In this document: piece after piece, positions 55,801-64,000 of the stretch
How positions within the stretch are numbered: position 1 is the first letter of the stretch
Layout of the letters: the number at the start of each line of letters is the position of its first letter
Source of the DNA: Candidatus Latescibacterota bacterium
Lineage (GTDB): Bacteria > Latescibacterota > UBA2968 > UBA8231
Direction: 5' to 3'
Length of the DNA stretch: 64,000 nt
Assembly: GCA_965221775.1 (NCBI GenBank)
Contig: CBDCSU010000004.1
Span: forward strand, 928,001 to 992,000
Notes under the pieces: model-generated
Told to the model about the DNA's origin: nothing
Seen by the model: only the letters and a program-made list of their open reading frames with translations
The model's database searches: none
Program-made: the position numbers and the translations under genes

Positions 55801-55905
55801 GGCCGCCGACTCCGGGTGCTGGAATCCCGACTTGCCGAGCCGCGACACGACGGCCCCCGACTCGGATCGGAGGATGGCGCGCGCCAGGGCGAGGGGATCG
55901 CCCAC
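52834..55905 (-). CDS. glnE: Glutamine synthetase adenylyltransferase/adenylyl-removing enzyme
   Basis: Two NT domains: LGKYGGLELNFSSDIDL...VDMRLRPEG and GKAGGRELDFASDLDL...VDARLRPEG; IKLQPGGIRDIEF and IKRGPGGIVDAEF. Confidence 0.95.
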   Translation of the reverse strand: MGDPLALARAILRSESGAVVSRLGKSGFQHPESAARSLERLCGPAAAPMPAGVLAAILASGWPDRALHHMERFVEASGPRAELYRRLEASTPLREGLARILAHSSFLTDLLVRSPEHLHWLFEETPHLTCTLPAAELRSRQLLALRGLEGSGWADALRRFHRRELLRIGTAEILGCKEVSQVGRELSELADVTVEAVLDHQARSLHRSHGRPSTERGRPSRFCVVCLGKYGGLELNFSSDIDLLFLYDEDGSVVDSKGSRGIANGLFYDRLAEGLIQVLTEVTPEGFLYRVDMRLRPEGERGPLTRSLRSYWIYYESRGELWERQMLIKARRAAGSSGLWRRFRDMLVPFVYPAHFTVSPSEEIRRIKERIETEARSRPEGGNNIKLQPGGIRDIEFAVQCLQLLHGRRTERTRAAGTLPSIERLRQAGALSVREARALGQAYRFLRRLENLLQIDSGRPTYAVPEDGSEQAEALRDRLQLGGRSLSATVSSHLSAVRGVYESVFGSARGPASDPGAEDPRWLLEAPAGSEGVRQSLEAAGFRQAETAHRLLRQLGGPMLTSSGLDNLKELLVPLLPQLAATPDPDGALLRFVGVIDAYGAPGAFYGMALAHPRFLSMLVTICGRSALLAGLLQRDPGLLDELVGLDLSGRMPRLDRETRVDPSRLRRFCNNALLRTGTDDLLGLAPSEETFLRISDLADEVVSAVVDDALTAVARRRGRPRSGRRLDRDARFACFAGGKAGGRELDFASDLDLFFLYEGEGKTGRGVGNAEFFDAVVRQVIQVLGEGLFEVDARLRPEGRRAPVVISLSAYRSYLRARASTWERLALSRARQVAGDRDLGRRVLRAVDAFVYGTPLTPGMVDEIVAMRRRMQPKAVPGRAVIDIKRGPGGIVDAEFIAQILLLHHGARRRELRDTSTPVVLERLIAAGLLERREGGALLAAYERLRQLQKALRLGEGHSSHVLPADPAAAGILARAMGAGSAGVLAEEVTGLMGQTRRLFDQVVDRVRTETARRTVERPDPE

Positions 55906-55907
55906 GG

Positions 55908-56369
<462 letters not shown>

Positions 56370-56437
56370 TCAGGAAGGTCCCGGAACGTGGTTCCGGAAT
56401 CACCGCCGCCCGGGCGGGCGACCGAGATTGTCTTGCA

Positions 56438-56463
56438 GAAGGGGCCGCCGGGCGGGCGGCCCT
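56438..56463 (-). terminator. Possible terminator hairpin after kptA
   Basis: 8-bp GC stem GGGCCGCC/GGCGGCCC just after the stop; only a weak pyrimidine tail. Confidence 0.35.
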
Positions 56464-56469
56464 CGAGCC

Positions 56470-57306
56470 TCAGCGCCGTCCGGACCCCTGCTCGAACTTC
56501 GGGCGGCGGCCGTAGCTGATCTCCTGCCGCCCGGGCGCCTCGCCGTTGCCCCGCACCGGGGCCGTCAACATCGGCGCCTCGCTGCGAGGGGCCGGGCCAC
56601 CGGACTCGGGCGCCCGGTTCGCGGGGGGCCGCTCCCGCGGGGGCCGCTGACCCTGGCCGGAGTCACCCCCCGAGCGCTCCCCCCTGCCCCGGCCGTCGCG
56701 TCCGCGCCGTCCACGCCGGCCTCCGCGGGACTCTCGTCCCCCGTCGACGACGGGGGGCGCCTCGATCTCGACGACCTCTCCGACGAACTCGGGGGCGATG
56801 GTCTGCCGCGTCAGCACGACCTCTCCGCGGTCCCAGAACTCCACCTCGGCCTCTCCCGCCGCGGCCTCGGCGAAGACCTCGACAACACAGGGGTCGGTCA
56901 CCGCTCCGGCGCGCGACTCGGCGATCTCGCGCGTGGGGGAAAGGTGCAGGTAGGAGCGGTCCTCCGAGCGGATACCTTCCTCCTTCATGCGCCGCACCTG
57001 GGACGCCGAGACGCACAGGAACAGGCTCTCGGGAGGATCCATCGGCTCCCCGTCCATCTCGACGTAGAAGGTGTGGCCGTAGAGGGCCCGGATGCGGTCG
57101 TCGACGATCTCGAAGCGCCGCTGGCGGGAGGTATCGATGAGGTCGCGGATGTCCTCCTCCTCGACGGCGGAGTAGCGCTGCTGCACGGCCTCCACCACCT
57201 CGTCGAGAGGCATGAATCCGTACTCGTCCATATTCAGCCCGAACTCGTCGGGATGATGGCGGAGGATGAGGGAGAGGAGCTTGGAAATGCGTCTTCGGTC
57301 AGGCAC
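56470..57306 (-). CDS. kptA: RNA 2'-phosphotransferase (KptA/Tpt1) homolog with an RG-rich C-terminal tail
   Basis: ISKLLSLILRHHP..FGL.MD..G, RRFE, IRALYGHT, R.YLHLS. Confidence 0.88.
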   Translation of the reverse strand: MPDRRRISKLLSLILRHHPDEFGLNMDEYGFMPLDEVVEAVQQRYSAVEEEDIRDLIDTSRQRRFEIVDDRIRALYGHTFYVEMDGEPMDPPESLFLCVSASQVRRMKEEGIRSEDRSYLHLSPTREIAESRAGAVTDPCVVEVFAEAAAGEAEVEFWDRGEVVLTRQTIAPEFVGEVVEIEAPPVVDGGRESRGGRRGRRGRDGRGRGERSGGDSGQGQRPPRERPPANRAPESGGPAPRSEAPMLTAPVRGNGEAPGRQEISYGRRPKFEQGSGRR

Positions 57307-57396
57307 GGGGCATGCGTTCCTTTCGGTATACCTGCTCGGACCGGCCGCGCCGCCGGATCCGCAGGGCTCGGCGGAGGGTCTGGCGCGGCCCCGCCA

Positions 57397-57849
57397 CTAG
57401 GCGTTCCACTGCTCCCGGTAGCGGACCAGGGCGTCGGCGACCGCCCCGTCTTCGAGAGCGAGGATCTGCGCCGCCAGGAGGGCGGCGTTGCGGGCATTGT
57501 CGATTCCCACCGTGGCCACCGGGACGCCCGGCGGCATCTGCACGATGGCGTACAGGGCATCGACGCCGTTGAGCGCCCCCGAGGCGATGGGAACCCCGAC
57601 CACGGGCAGGGTCGTGTGCGCGGCCACCACCCCCGGGAGGGCCGCCGCCATTCCGGCGCCGGCGATGAGCACCCTGAGACCGCGCCCGGCCGCATCGCGC
57701 GCCCAGGCGGCGGTGCGCTCCGGGTTGCGGTGGGCGGAACTGACCACGGTCTCGGAGCCGATGCCGAGTTCCTCGAGCAGGGCACCGGCCTTGGCCATCA
57801 CCGGCTCATCGGAGCGGCTCCCCATGATGATACCGACGCGCACATCCAT
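57397..57849 (-). CDS. purE: N5-carboxyaminoimidazole ribonucleotide mutase
   Basis: IIMGSRSD, SAHRNP, IAGAGMAAALPG, VQMPPGVPVATV. Confidence 0.96.
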   Translation of the reverse strand: MDVRVGIIMGSRSDEPVMAKAGALLEELGIGSETVVSSAHRNPERTAAWARDAAGRGLRVLIAGAGMAAALPGVVAAHTTLPVVGVPIASGALNGVDALYAIVQMPPGVPVATVGIDNARNAALLAAQILALEDGAVADALVRYREQWNA

Positions 57850-57949
57850 CTTGCGATAGCCCCGGATTCTATAAGCTCACACAGGTCAAGGAGTTACGGA
57901 AACCGATAATAGCTCCCCCCAGGCCGGGGCGCAAACCTCCGGGGGATCC

Positions 57950-59047
57950 TCACGCCATGCGACGCCTCAGGACGGCCGGGTAGTCGAGGTCGCCCCACTC
58001 GGAAGGCCCCGCCCCCCCCTCCGCCTCGGGCTGAGGAGCCTGGCCGCGCTGCGGTGCCGAGGGCTCGGGATCGAAGTGCGTGGGCCGCTGGTTGAGGTGG
58101 AAACCGGTGGCGATGACGGTGACCCGCATCTCGTCCTCGATGGCCGGGTCGATCACGGTCCCGAAGATGATGTTGGCCTCGCTGCCGGCGGCCTCCTGGA
58201 TGATCTGCGCCGCTTCGTTGGCCTCGAAGAGGGTGAGGCTCGTCCCGGCGGTGATGTTGATCAGCGCTCCCCGGGCGCCGTTGATGGAGATCTCACCGAT
58301 GAGGGGGCTCCTGATCGCCTTCTTGGCCGCCTCCACGGCCCGGTTCTCCCCCTGATGGGCGCCGACGGCGATGATGGCGTCGCCGCCCTCGGTGATCACC
58401 GTCCTCACATCGTTGAAGTCGAGGTTGATCATTCCGGGGATGGTGATCAGATCGGCGATGCCCCGGGTCGCCTGCAACAGCACCTCGTCGGCCTGATTGA
58501 AGGCATCCTCCAGGGTCGTGTCCCGGGAGACGATCGACAGGAGGCGCTCGTTCTTGATCACGATCAGCGTGTCCACGTGCTCCTGCAGCTCCGAGATGCC
58601 CGCCTGGGCATTGCGCATCCGGGGAAGCCCCTCGAAGTGGAACGGCTCGGTCACTATTCCCACGGTGAGGGAACCCAACTCCTTGGCGATCTGGGCGGCT
58701 ATCGGCGCCGCCCCGGTCCCGGTGCCTCCTCCCATCCCCGCGGTGATGAACACCAGGTCCGTGTCCTGCAGCCTCTCGGCGACCCGGTCGCGGTCCTCCT
58801 CGATCGAGGCGCGTCCGATCTCGGGTTTGGCGCCGGCCCCCAGGCCTCGAGTGACGCTCTCGCCGATGCAGATGCCGACATCCGCCGACGACGCCTCGAG
58901 GTCCTGGCTGTCGGTGTTGACGGCGACGAACTCAACGCCGCGCATGCCCGAGGCCACCATCCGGTTGATGGCGTTGCCGCCGGCGCCTCCGACACCGACG
59001 ACCTTGATGTTTGCGCAGCGCTCGAAGTCGATGATCTCGAAAGTCAT
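57950..59047 (-). CDS. ftsZ: Cell division GTPase FtsZ
   Basis: IKVVGVGGAGGNA, AVNTD, GMGGGTGTG, INLDFNDV, C-terminal DLDYPAVLRR; AAGGAG RBS. Confidence 0.97.
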   Translation of the reverse strand: MTFEIIDFERCANIKVVGVGGAGGNAINRMVASGMRGVEFVAVNTDSQDLEASSADVGICIGESVTRGLGAGAKPEIGRASIEEDRDRVAERLQDTDLVFITAGMGGGTGTGAAPIAAQIAKELGSLTVGIVTEPFHFEGLPRMRNAQAGISELQEHVDTLIVIKNERLLSIVSRDTTLEDAFNQADEVLLQATRGIADLITIPGMINLDFNDVRTVITEGGDAIIAVGAHQGENRAVEAAKKAIRSPLIGEISINGARGALINITAGTSLTLFEANEAAQIIQEAAGSEANIIFGTVIDPAIEDEMRVTVIATGFHLNQRPTHFDPEPSAPQRGQAPQPEAEGGAGPSEWGDLDYPAVLRRRMA

Positions 59048-59127
59048 GTTGCCGCTCTCCTTCGGTTGTTGGTTTCTGCCCTCGTCATCTCTTTCCGGTG
59101 GAGGTCCGCCCTCGGCGGATCCTTCCC

Positions 59128-59985
59128 CTAACCCCTCTTTCTGCGAGGCCATCCCGGCTGCTTGTGCGAGCCGACGACGGCCTGGCCCGCAAATCTCAAA
59201 TCGACGTAGGAGGGGTTGGGGACCTCCCGGTAGACGCGCCTGAGGACCTCCCGCAGAACGGCCATCCGCTCCCCCACGCGGTCCGGGGGGATCCGGACCT
59301 CGAGCCCGTCGGCCACCAGCCGCACCCCCACGCTGAAACCGTCGAAGTCGGTGAGCTGGGAGATCTCCGCGGTCAGATCGGGAGCCTGGTCCGAGACTTC
59401 CCGCAGCCAGGCCAGCAGTCGCAGGGCGGTGCTGTCGGTGACGACCTTCCCCGCCCTCACCGTGTCCCCGGCGGCGACGAGGGAGCGTACCCGCAACACC
59501 GGCAGGTCGAGATCCTCGATGCTCTCCGCCGGCAGTCTCTCCGGCGGCAGGAGGACGCCCTCCGGATCGAGACCGTACTGGACGCCGCTCCAATCGACCC
59601 AGGCGGTCCGCCGGCGTTCCTCGAGATGGACGATCAGCCGGTCCGGGGGCTTGCGCACCACCCGCGCGCGCCGCACCCACACCAGGCGCCTGAGACGCTC
59701 CGCCATCCGGTCCGGATCGATGTCGAAGAGCTCCGCCCCGGCCTCGATGCCACTGGCGGCGAGGATCAGTTCCCCGTGCAGCAAGCGGAGGCCGCGCACC
59801 TCCAGGATGTCGACGCGGAAGGGAGACTCCATCGGCGTCGACTGCGCTCCCCGGAAGCCGAGGGTCAGGGCCGTCACCGCCGCCAGGCCCGCCACCAGCA
59901 CGGGCCGCCGCCACCTGTTCCCCGGACCCGCGGCGGGGGTGGCCATGGCCACCGTGGCCTGCCCGGCCTTCTTCCGCGGCGCCAT
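59128..59985 (-). CDS. ftsQ: Cell division protein FtsQ/DivIB
   Basis: Single TM segment, POTRA domain (LEVRGLRLL...WVRRARVVRKPPDRL.V.LEER), YVDLRF. Confidence 0.88.
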   Translation of the reverse strand: MAPRKKAGQATVAMATPAAGPGNRWRRPVLVAGLAAVTALTLGFRGAQSTPMESPFRVDILEVRGLRLLHGELILAASGIEAGAELFDIDPDRMAERLRRLVWVRRARVVRKPPDRLIVHLEERRRTAWVDWSGVQYGLDPEGVLLPPERLPAESIEDLDLPVLRVRSLVAAGDTVRAGKVVTDSTALRLLAWLREVSDQAPDLTAEISQLTDFDGFSVGVRLVADGLEVRIPPDRVGERMAVLREVLRRVYREVPNPSYVDLRFAGQAVVGSHKQPGWPRRKRG

Positions 59986-59986
59986 C

Positions 59987-61390
59987 TCAGGCCGTCCCTT
60001 CCAGGAGGTTCCCGAGGCGGTCGCCGATGTCACCGGCCCCCATCACCAGGAGAAGGTCACCGGGGGCGCACTCCGCCAGGGAGTGGGACAGGGCGAGGTC
60101 CACCTCGGCCAAGAAGCGCGCCCGCCGGTGTCCCAGGCGCCGCAGATCGTCGACGATGACATCGCCGTCGTCGCCGAGGTCCGGGCTCTCCCGGGCCGCG
60201 TAGGCGGAGGTCACGCACACCCTGTAGGTGTTGAGCAGGGACTCGGCAAAAGCTCCGCGGAAGTGGCGCGTGCGGGAGTAGGTATGGGGCTGGAAGACGG
60301 CGCTCACCCTTCTCCCCGAGGCCGCTGCCGTGGCCACCGTGGCCGAGATCTCCGTGGGATGGTGGGCATAGTCGTCGACGATGGCGACCCCCTCCACCTC
60401 GCCCCGGGACTGGTAGCGCCGGTCCACCCCGGTGAAGCGGCTGAGCGCCGAGGAGACCGGCTCCCAGGCCAGACCCATCAGGTGGGTCGTGGCGATGGCC
60501 GCCAGGGCGTTGCAGACATTGTGCCTCCCCGGGACTCCCAGGTCGACCGGCCGCCGTTCCCCGGCCAGGTGGACGGCGAAGGCGGACCCCGTGCCGGTCG
60601 GCGCCGGGGCTTCGGCGCGCACCTCGCAGGAGGGGCCGAAGCCGTAGGTCACCGCGTCTGCCTGCGAGCGCGCCGCCGCCTCCCGGCAGAGCTCGTCGTC
60701 GCCGTTGACGGCGACGCCGCCGCCGCTCCGCCGCCGGGCGACGAAGATGCCGAAGGCCTCGACCAGGTCGTCGCGGTCGGCATAGCAGTCGACATGCTCC
60801 ATCTCGATGTTGGTGACCACCGAGATCCAGGGCTCGAGCTCGTGGAAAGCGCGGCGGTACTCGTCCGCCTCGACCACCAGCAGGTCTCCAGACGGGGCCG
60901 TCGGTTGTGGACGCCCCCCCATCCAGCCGCCGATGGCGACCCGGGGCTCCTGCCCCGCGCAGCGCAGGGCGCCGGCGATCAGGGAAGCCGTCGTCGTCTT
61001 GCCGTGGGTGCCGGCCACGGCCACGGTGTCGCAGGTGCGGCTCACGGCGCCCAAGGCGCGGGCCCTCGGCCACTGCTCGATCCCCAGACGCGCCGCGGCC
61101 CGGCGCTCGCAGTTGTCCTCGTCCACCGCCGAGGAGTGCACGAGGAGGTCGGCGCCCTCGACCTGCGACGCGTCGTGGCCGACGCAGACGGGAACCCCCG
61201 ACCGCCGCAGCTCCGTGACGGCGGGGCCAGCGGCCGCGTCGGAGCCGCTCACCCGGTAGCCGAGATCGACCAGGAGCCGCGCCAGGGCCTCCATGCCGGC
61301 GCCGCCGATGCCGACCATGTGCACTCGCTTCACCCCCCCTCCGAGAGGTCCTCCGGCATGGGCTCCGCGGTCCCGAAGGGGCGTGCTCAT
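59987..61390 (-). CDS. murC: UDP-N-acetylmuramate--L-alanine ligase
   Basis: HMVGIGGAGM, VSGSD, AGTHGKTTT, EADEY, DDYAHHPTEI, FQPHTYSRT, MGAGDI. Confidence 0.96.
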   Translation of the reverse strand: MSTPLRDRGAHAGGPLGGGVKRVHMVGIGGAGMEALARLLVDLGYRVSGSDAAAGPAVTELRRSGVPVCVGHDASQVEGADLLVHSSAVDEDNCERRAAARLGIEQWPRARALGAVSRTCDTVAVAGTHGKTTTASLIAGALRCAGQEPRVAIGGWMGGRPQPTAPSGDLLVVEADEYRRAFHELEPWISVVTNIEMEHVDCYADRDDLVEAFGIFVARRRSGGGVAVNGDDELCREAAARSQADAVTYGFGPSCEVRAEAPAPTGTGSAFAVHLAGERRPVDLGVPGRHNVCNALAAIATTHLMGLAWEPVSSALSRFTGVDRRYQSRGEVEGVAIVDDYAHHPTEISATVATAAASGRRVSAVFQPHTYSRTRHFRGAFAESLLNTYRVCVTSAYAARESPDLGDDGDVIVDDLRRLGHRRARFLAEVDLALSHSLAECAPGDLLLVMGAGDIGDRLGNLLEGTA

Positions 61391-62589
61391 CGGCTGCCCA
61401 CCGTTGCCGGGCGTGGGACCCAGTGGTCATCGGTGCCCGGTGGATGGGGCCGCGACAGCTCACCGCGCCGGCGCCAGGCCGTCGACGCGGCCGGCGCCTT
61501 CTCGCGGGCCACGGCCGCGAGAAGGCCGATGCCGCTGAGGTTCAGCAGCAGCGAGGAGCCGCCGTAGCTGACGAAGGGCAGGGGCAGTCCCGTGGTCGGC
61601 ATGAGCCCCGTAGCCACGGCGACGTTGAGCAGGGCGTAGATCCCCACCATCACCGTGATCCCGGAGGCCACGAGAAACCCGTGGAACGAGGCGGCCCTCG
61701 TGGCGATCCGGTAGCCGTGCACGGACAGGGCCACGAAGAGGCAGATGATGCTCAGGGCGCCGAGCAACCCGAGCTCCTCGCCGACGAAGGCGAAGACGAA
61801 GTCGGTATGGGGCTCTGGCAGGTAGTGCTTCTGCATGCTGTTGCCGAGGCCGACGCCGAGCCATCCACCGCTGCCGAGAGCCAGCAGCGACTGGTCCACC
61901 TGGAAGCCGGCCCCCTGCGGGTCCGCTCCCACGAAGAAGGTGCGCACACGCTGGAGCTGGTAGGGCGAGGAGAGCACCGACCAGCCCGCCACCAGGCCGG
62001 CCCCGGAGGCTACCAGGGCCAGGTGGGCAGTGCCCGCACCGCCGAGCCAGAGGATGACCATGGAGATGGCGCTGATGGCCAGGGCCGTTCCGAGATCGGG
62101 CTGCAGGACGATCAGGACCTGCACGACGGAGATCACCGCGAGCCGGGGGGCCAGGCCCAGTTTCCAGTCGCTCATGTCGCTCTGCTTTCTGGCCAGCACG
62201 TCGGCCAGGTAGAGGACGAGGACGAGCTTGACGAACTCCGAAGGCTGGAAGGACAGCGTTGCGAAGGAGGGCACCCCGAAGGGGAGCCAGCGCTGCGCCC
62301 CCCGGCCTTCGCCCAGGATGAGCACCAGGACGAGGAGCAGAATGCCCACCAGGAGCAGGGGCCGCGCCAGCAGGCGCCACACGGAGAGGGGCACCCGCGA
62401 GAGCAGGAGCATCATGATCAGGCCGAAGGCGGCCCTCATCAGCTGGCGCTGGAGGAAGAACCCGCTGTTCTCGAACCTCGCTCCCGCCAGGGCCGAGCTG
62501 GAGCTGTACACCATGACGACGCCGATGCCGACGAGCATCGTGGCGATCAGGAGCACGTGGCGAGCTGCACGTTGTGAGACGTCGGGCAT
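61387..62589 (-). CDS. ftsW: SEDS peptidoglycan glycosyltransferase FtsW
   Basis: MVYSSS, GAQRW, QPSEFVKL, QPDLGT, LPEPHTDFVF, GEELG, LPFVSYGGSS. Confidence 0.95.
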   Translation of the reverse strand: MPDVSQRAARHVLLIATMLVGIGVVMVYSSSSALAGARFENSGFFLQRQLMRAAFGLIMMLLLSRVPLSVWRLLARPLLLVGILLLVLVLILGEGRGAQRWLPFGVPSFATLSFQPSEFVKLVLVLYLADVLARKQSDMSDWKLGLAPRLAVISVVQVLIVLQPDLGTALAISAISMVILWLGGAGTAHLALVASGAGLVAGWSVLSSPYQLQRVRTFFVGADPQGAGFQVDQSLLALGSGGWLGVGLGNSMQKHYLPEPHTDFVFAFVGEELGLLGALSIICLFVALSVHGYRIATRAASFHGFLVASGITVMVGIYALLNVAVATGLMPTTGLPLPFVSYGGSSLLLNLSGIGLLAAVAREKAPAASTAWRRRGELSRPHPPGTDDHWVPRPATVGSR

Positions 62590-62742
62590 GACCCAAGCCA
62601 GCGTCGGCACAAAGGGGGGGCGCACAACTGCGCGCCAAAGGGAGGGGTAGTACCAACTTCGGACCGCACCAGGGGACGGCGCGGCAACTGCCTGTCAGAC
62701 GGCACCGCCGGGGGACGGCGGCCTCGGGCCGTGAAACCGAAT

Positions 62743-64000
62743 CTACAGAGCTTCGACGATCGCTTCGAGGGCCATGCCGCGAGAGCCCTTGACGAGAACC
62801 AGATCGCCTTCGGAAACCTCCTGCTCCAGGTGGTGGATCAACTCGCCCCGGTCCTCGAAGTGAAGAGCCCGGCGCGGGTCCAGCCCCGCCTCCCTGGCCG
62901 CTCGCACCGTATGCGAGCTCTGGGAACCGGTGCCCAGGAGAACATCGACGCGGTTGGCGGCGTGGCGCCCGATCCCCTCGTGAAGGGACTCGCTCGCCTC
63001 GCCGAGTTCCAGCATGTCCCCGAGGACGGCCACACGGCGGCCCTGGACGGGGATCTCCGCCGTCAGGTCGAGGGCGGCGCGAACCGAGCCGGGGTTGGCG
63101 TTGTAACAGTCGTCGATCACGCGAACTCCCCGTCTCTGCAGAATGGCCGAGCGCATGTGCAGTGGCTGGAACCTGCCCAGGGCGGCGCTGGCTTCCCCCA
63201 GGGGCACGCCGCACATGCGCGCACATGCGATGGCCGCCAGGGCGTTGTGCGCATTGTGCCGCCCCGGGACGCGGAGATGGAAGGAGGTATTCTGTAGAGA
63301 GAAGTGGCCGCAGCCCTCCTGGTCGAGGATGAGTCCCTCCCCACTGAAATGGCTCTCACGCCGCCAACCGAAGCCAAGGAGTCTCCCCTTTGTCCTCTTA
63401 GCCTCCCTGGCAATGACACAGTCGTCGGCGTTTACGAGAGCCACGTAAGACTCATCCACGATTTCGTCCAGAAGCTCCCCTTTGGCCTTGGCCACTCTCT
63501 CTACAGATCCAAATATACCCGCGTGCGCCGTGCCGATGTTGAGCAGAACCCCGACCGTGGGCTGCGCGACCCGGCACAGGTACCTGATATCCCCCACCCG
63601 CCTCGCCGCGAGCTCGAGGACCACGGCGGAGTGATCCGCCGACATTCCCAGCAAGGCCCGGGGAACACCGATCTCGTTGTTCTCGTTCTCCGGAGTCTTG
63701 AGGACCCGGAACCTCCGTCCGAGGATCGCGGCGACCATCTCCTTGACGGTCGTCTTGCCGGACGAGCCGGTGATGGCGATTACGGGCAGGTCGAATCGAC
63801 GGCGGTAGTGGCGGGCCATCCGGCCCAGGGCCCGCACCGGAGAATCGACGGCCATCAGACAAGCCGCCGCGGCCGGCCCCGTCAACCGCAGGCCATCCAC
63901 CCGCCGGCGATCGACGATGGCCGAACTCGCGCCCCTCTCGAAGGCCTCGGAGACGTGGTCGTGGCCATCGAAGCGCTCGCCCTCCAGGGCCACGAAGACC
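62743..64000 (-). CDS. murF: UDP-MurNAc-tripeptide--D-Ala-D-Ala ligase; 5' end lies beyond the right edge
   Basis: FVALEGERFDGH, ITGSSGKTTVKE, NNEIG, DDCYNANP, LGDMLELG, LVKGSRG. Confidence 0.95.
   Translation of the reverse strand, partial: VFVALEGERFDGHDHVSEAFERGASSAIVDRRRVDGLRLTGPAAAACLMAVDSPVRALGRMARHYRRRFDLPVIAITGSSGKTTVKEMVAAILGRRFRVLKTPENENNEIGVPRALLGMSADHSAVVLELAARRVGDIRYLCRVAQPTVGVLLNIGTAHAGIFGSVERVAKAKGELLDEIVDESYVALVNADDCVIAREAKRTKGRLLGFGWRRESHFSGEGLILDQEGCGHFSLQNTSFHLRVPGRHNAHNALAAIACARMCGVPLGEASAALGRFQPLHMRSAILQRRGVRVIDDCYNANPGSVRAALDLTAEIPVQGRRVAVLGDMLELGEASESLHEGIGRHAANRVDVLLGTGSQSSHTVRAAREAGLDPRRALHFEDRGELIHHLEQEVSEGDLVLVKGSRGMALEAIVEAL

Noticed and set aside
57888-57948. GGAAA/GCGCAAA hairpins resembling a c-di-GMP-I riboswitch between ftsZ and purE
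   Set aside because: They lie on the strand opposite purE and the P1/P2 pattern is incomplete.

Overview
This is a 64-kb, very GC-rich (roughly 70%+ by eye), gene-dense piece of a bacterial chromosome. It has no transposase, integrase, phage gene, rRNA or CRISPR array that I can see. Gene content suggests an uncultured diderm such as Candidatus Latescibacterota or a related FCB/PVC lineage (inference only). Left to right it holds: a fused indolepyruvate:ferredoxin oxidoreductase running off the left edge; a DegT-WbqC-GT4-beta-barrel-Tat molybdoenzyme operon; ispG; a large sugar/sugar-acid catabolic block with tRNA-Lys; argG under tandem ARG boxes; mdh; tRNA-Tyr; a lepA-lepB-hemW-thrB-SLBB-wzz operon; a 930-aa GH-like protein with hemE; a CBS-korA-korB-ZnR/CBS operon; a UvrA-like gene; a glnB-glnE-led operon; kptA; purE; and a dcw cluster (murF, ftsW, murC, ftsQ, ftsZ). 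The most unusual signals are: (1) several intact ORFs with altered active-site motifs - LepB lacking both the catalytic Ser and Lys, a UvrA paralog with degenerate ATPase motifs and no insertion domain, KptA lacking the HGT motif but carrying an RG-rich tail, and the GH-like protein; (2) a dcw cluster from which mraY-murD, murG, murB/ddl and ftsA are absent, with tight gene junctions; (3) a 2-oxoacid:ferredoxin oxidoreductase flanked by two CBS proteins; (4) expression features - leaderless lepA and ispG, a probable CTG start, and promoters with a relaxed -12 position. All calls come from reading motifs by eye. No database searches were run.
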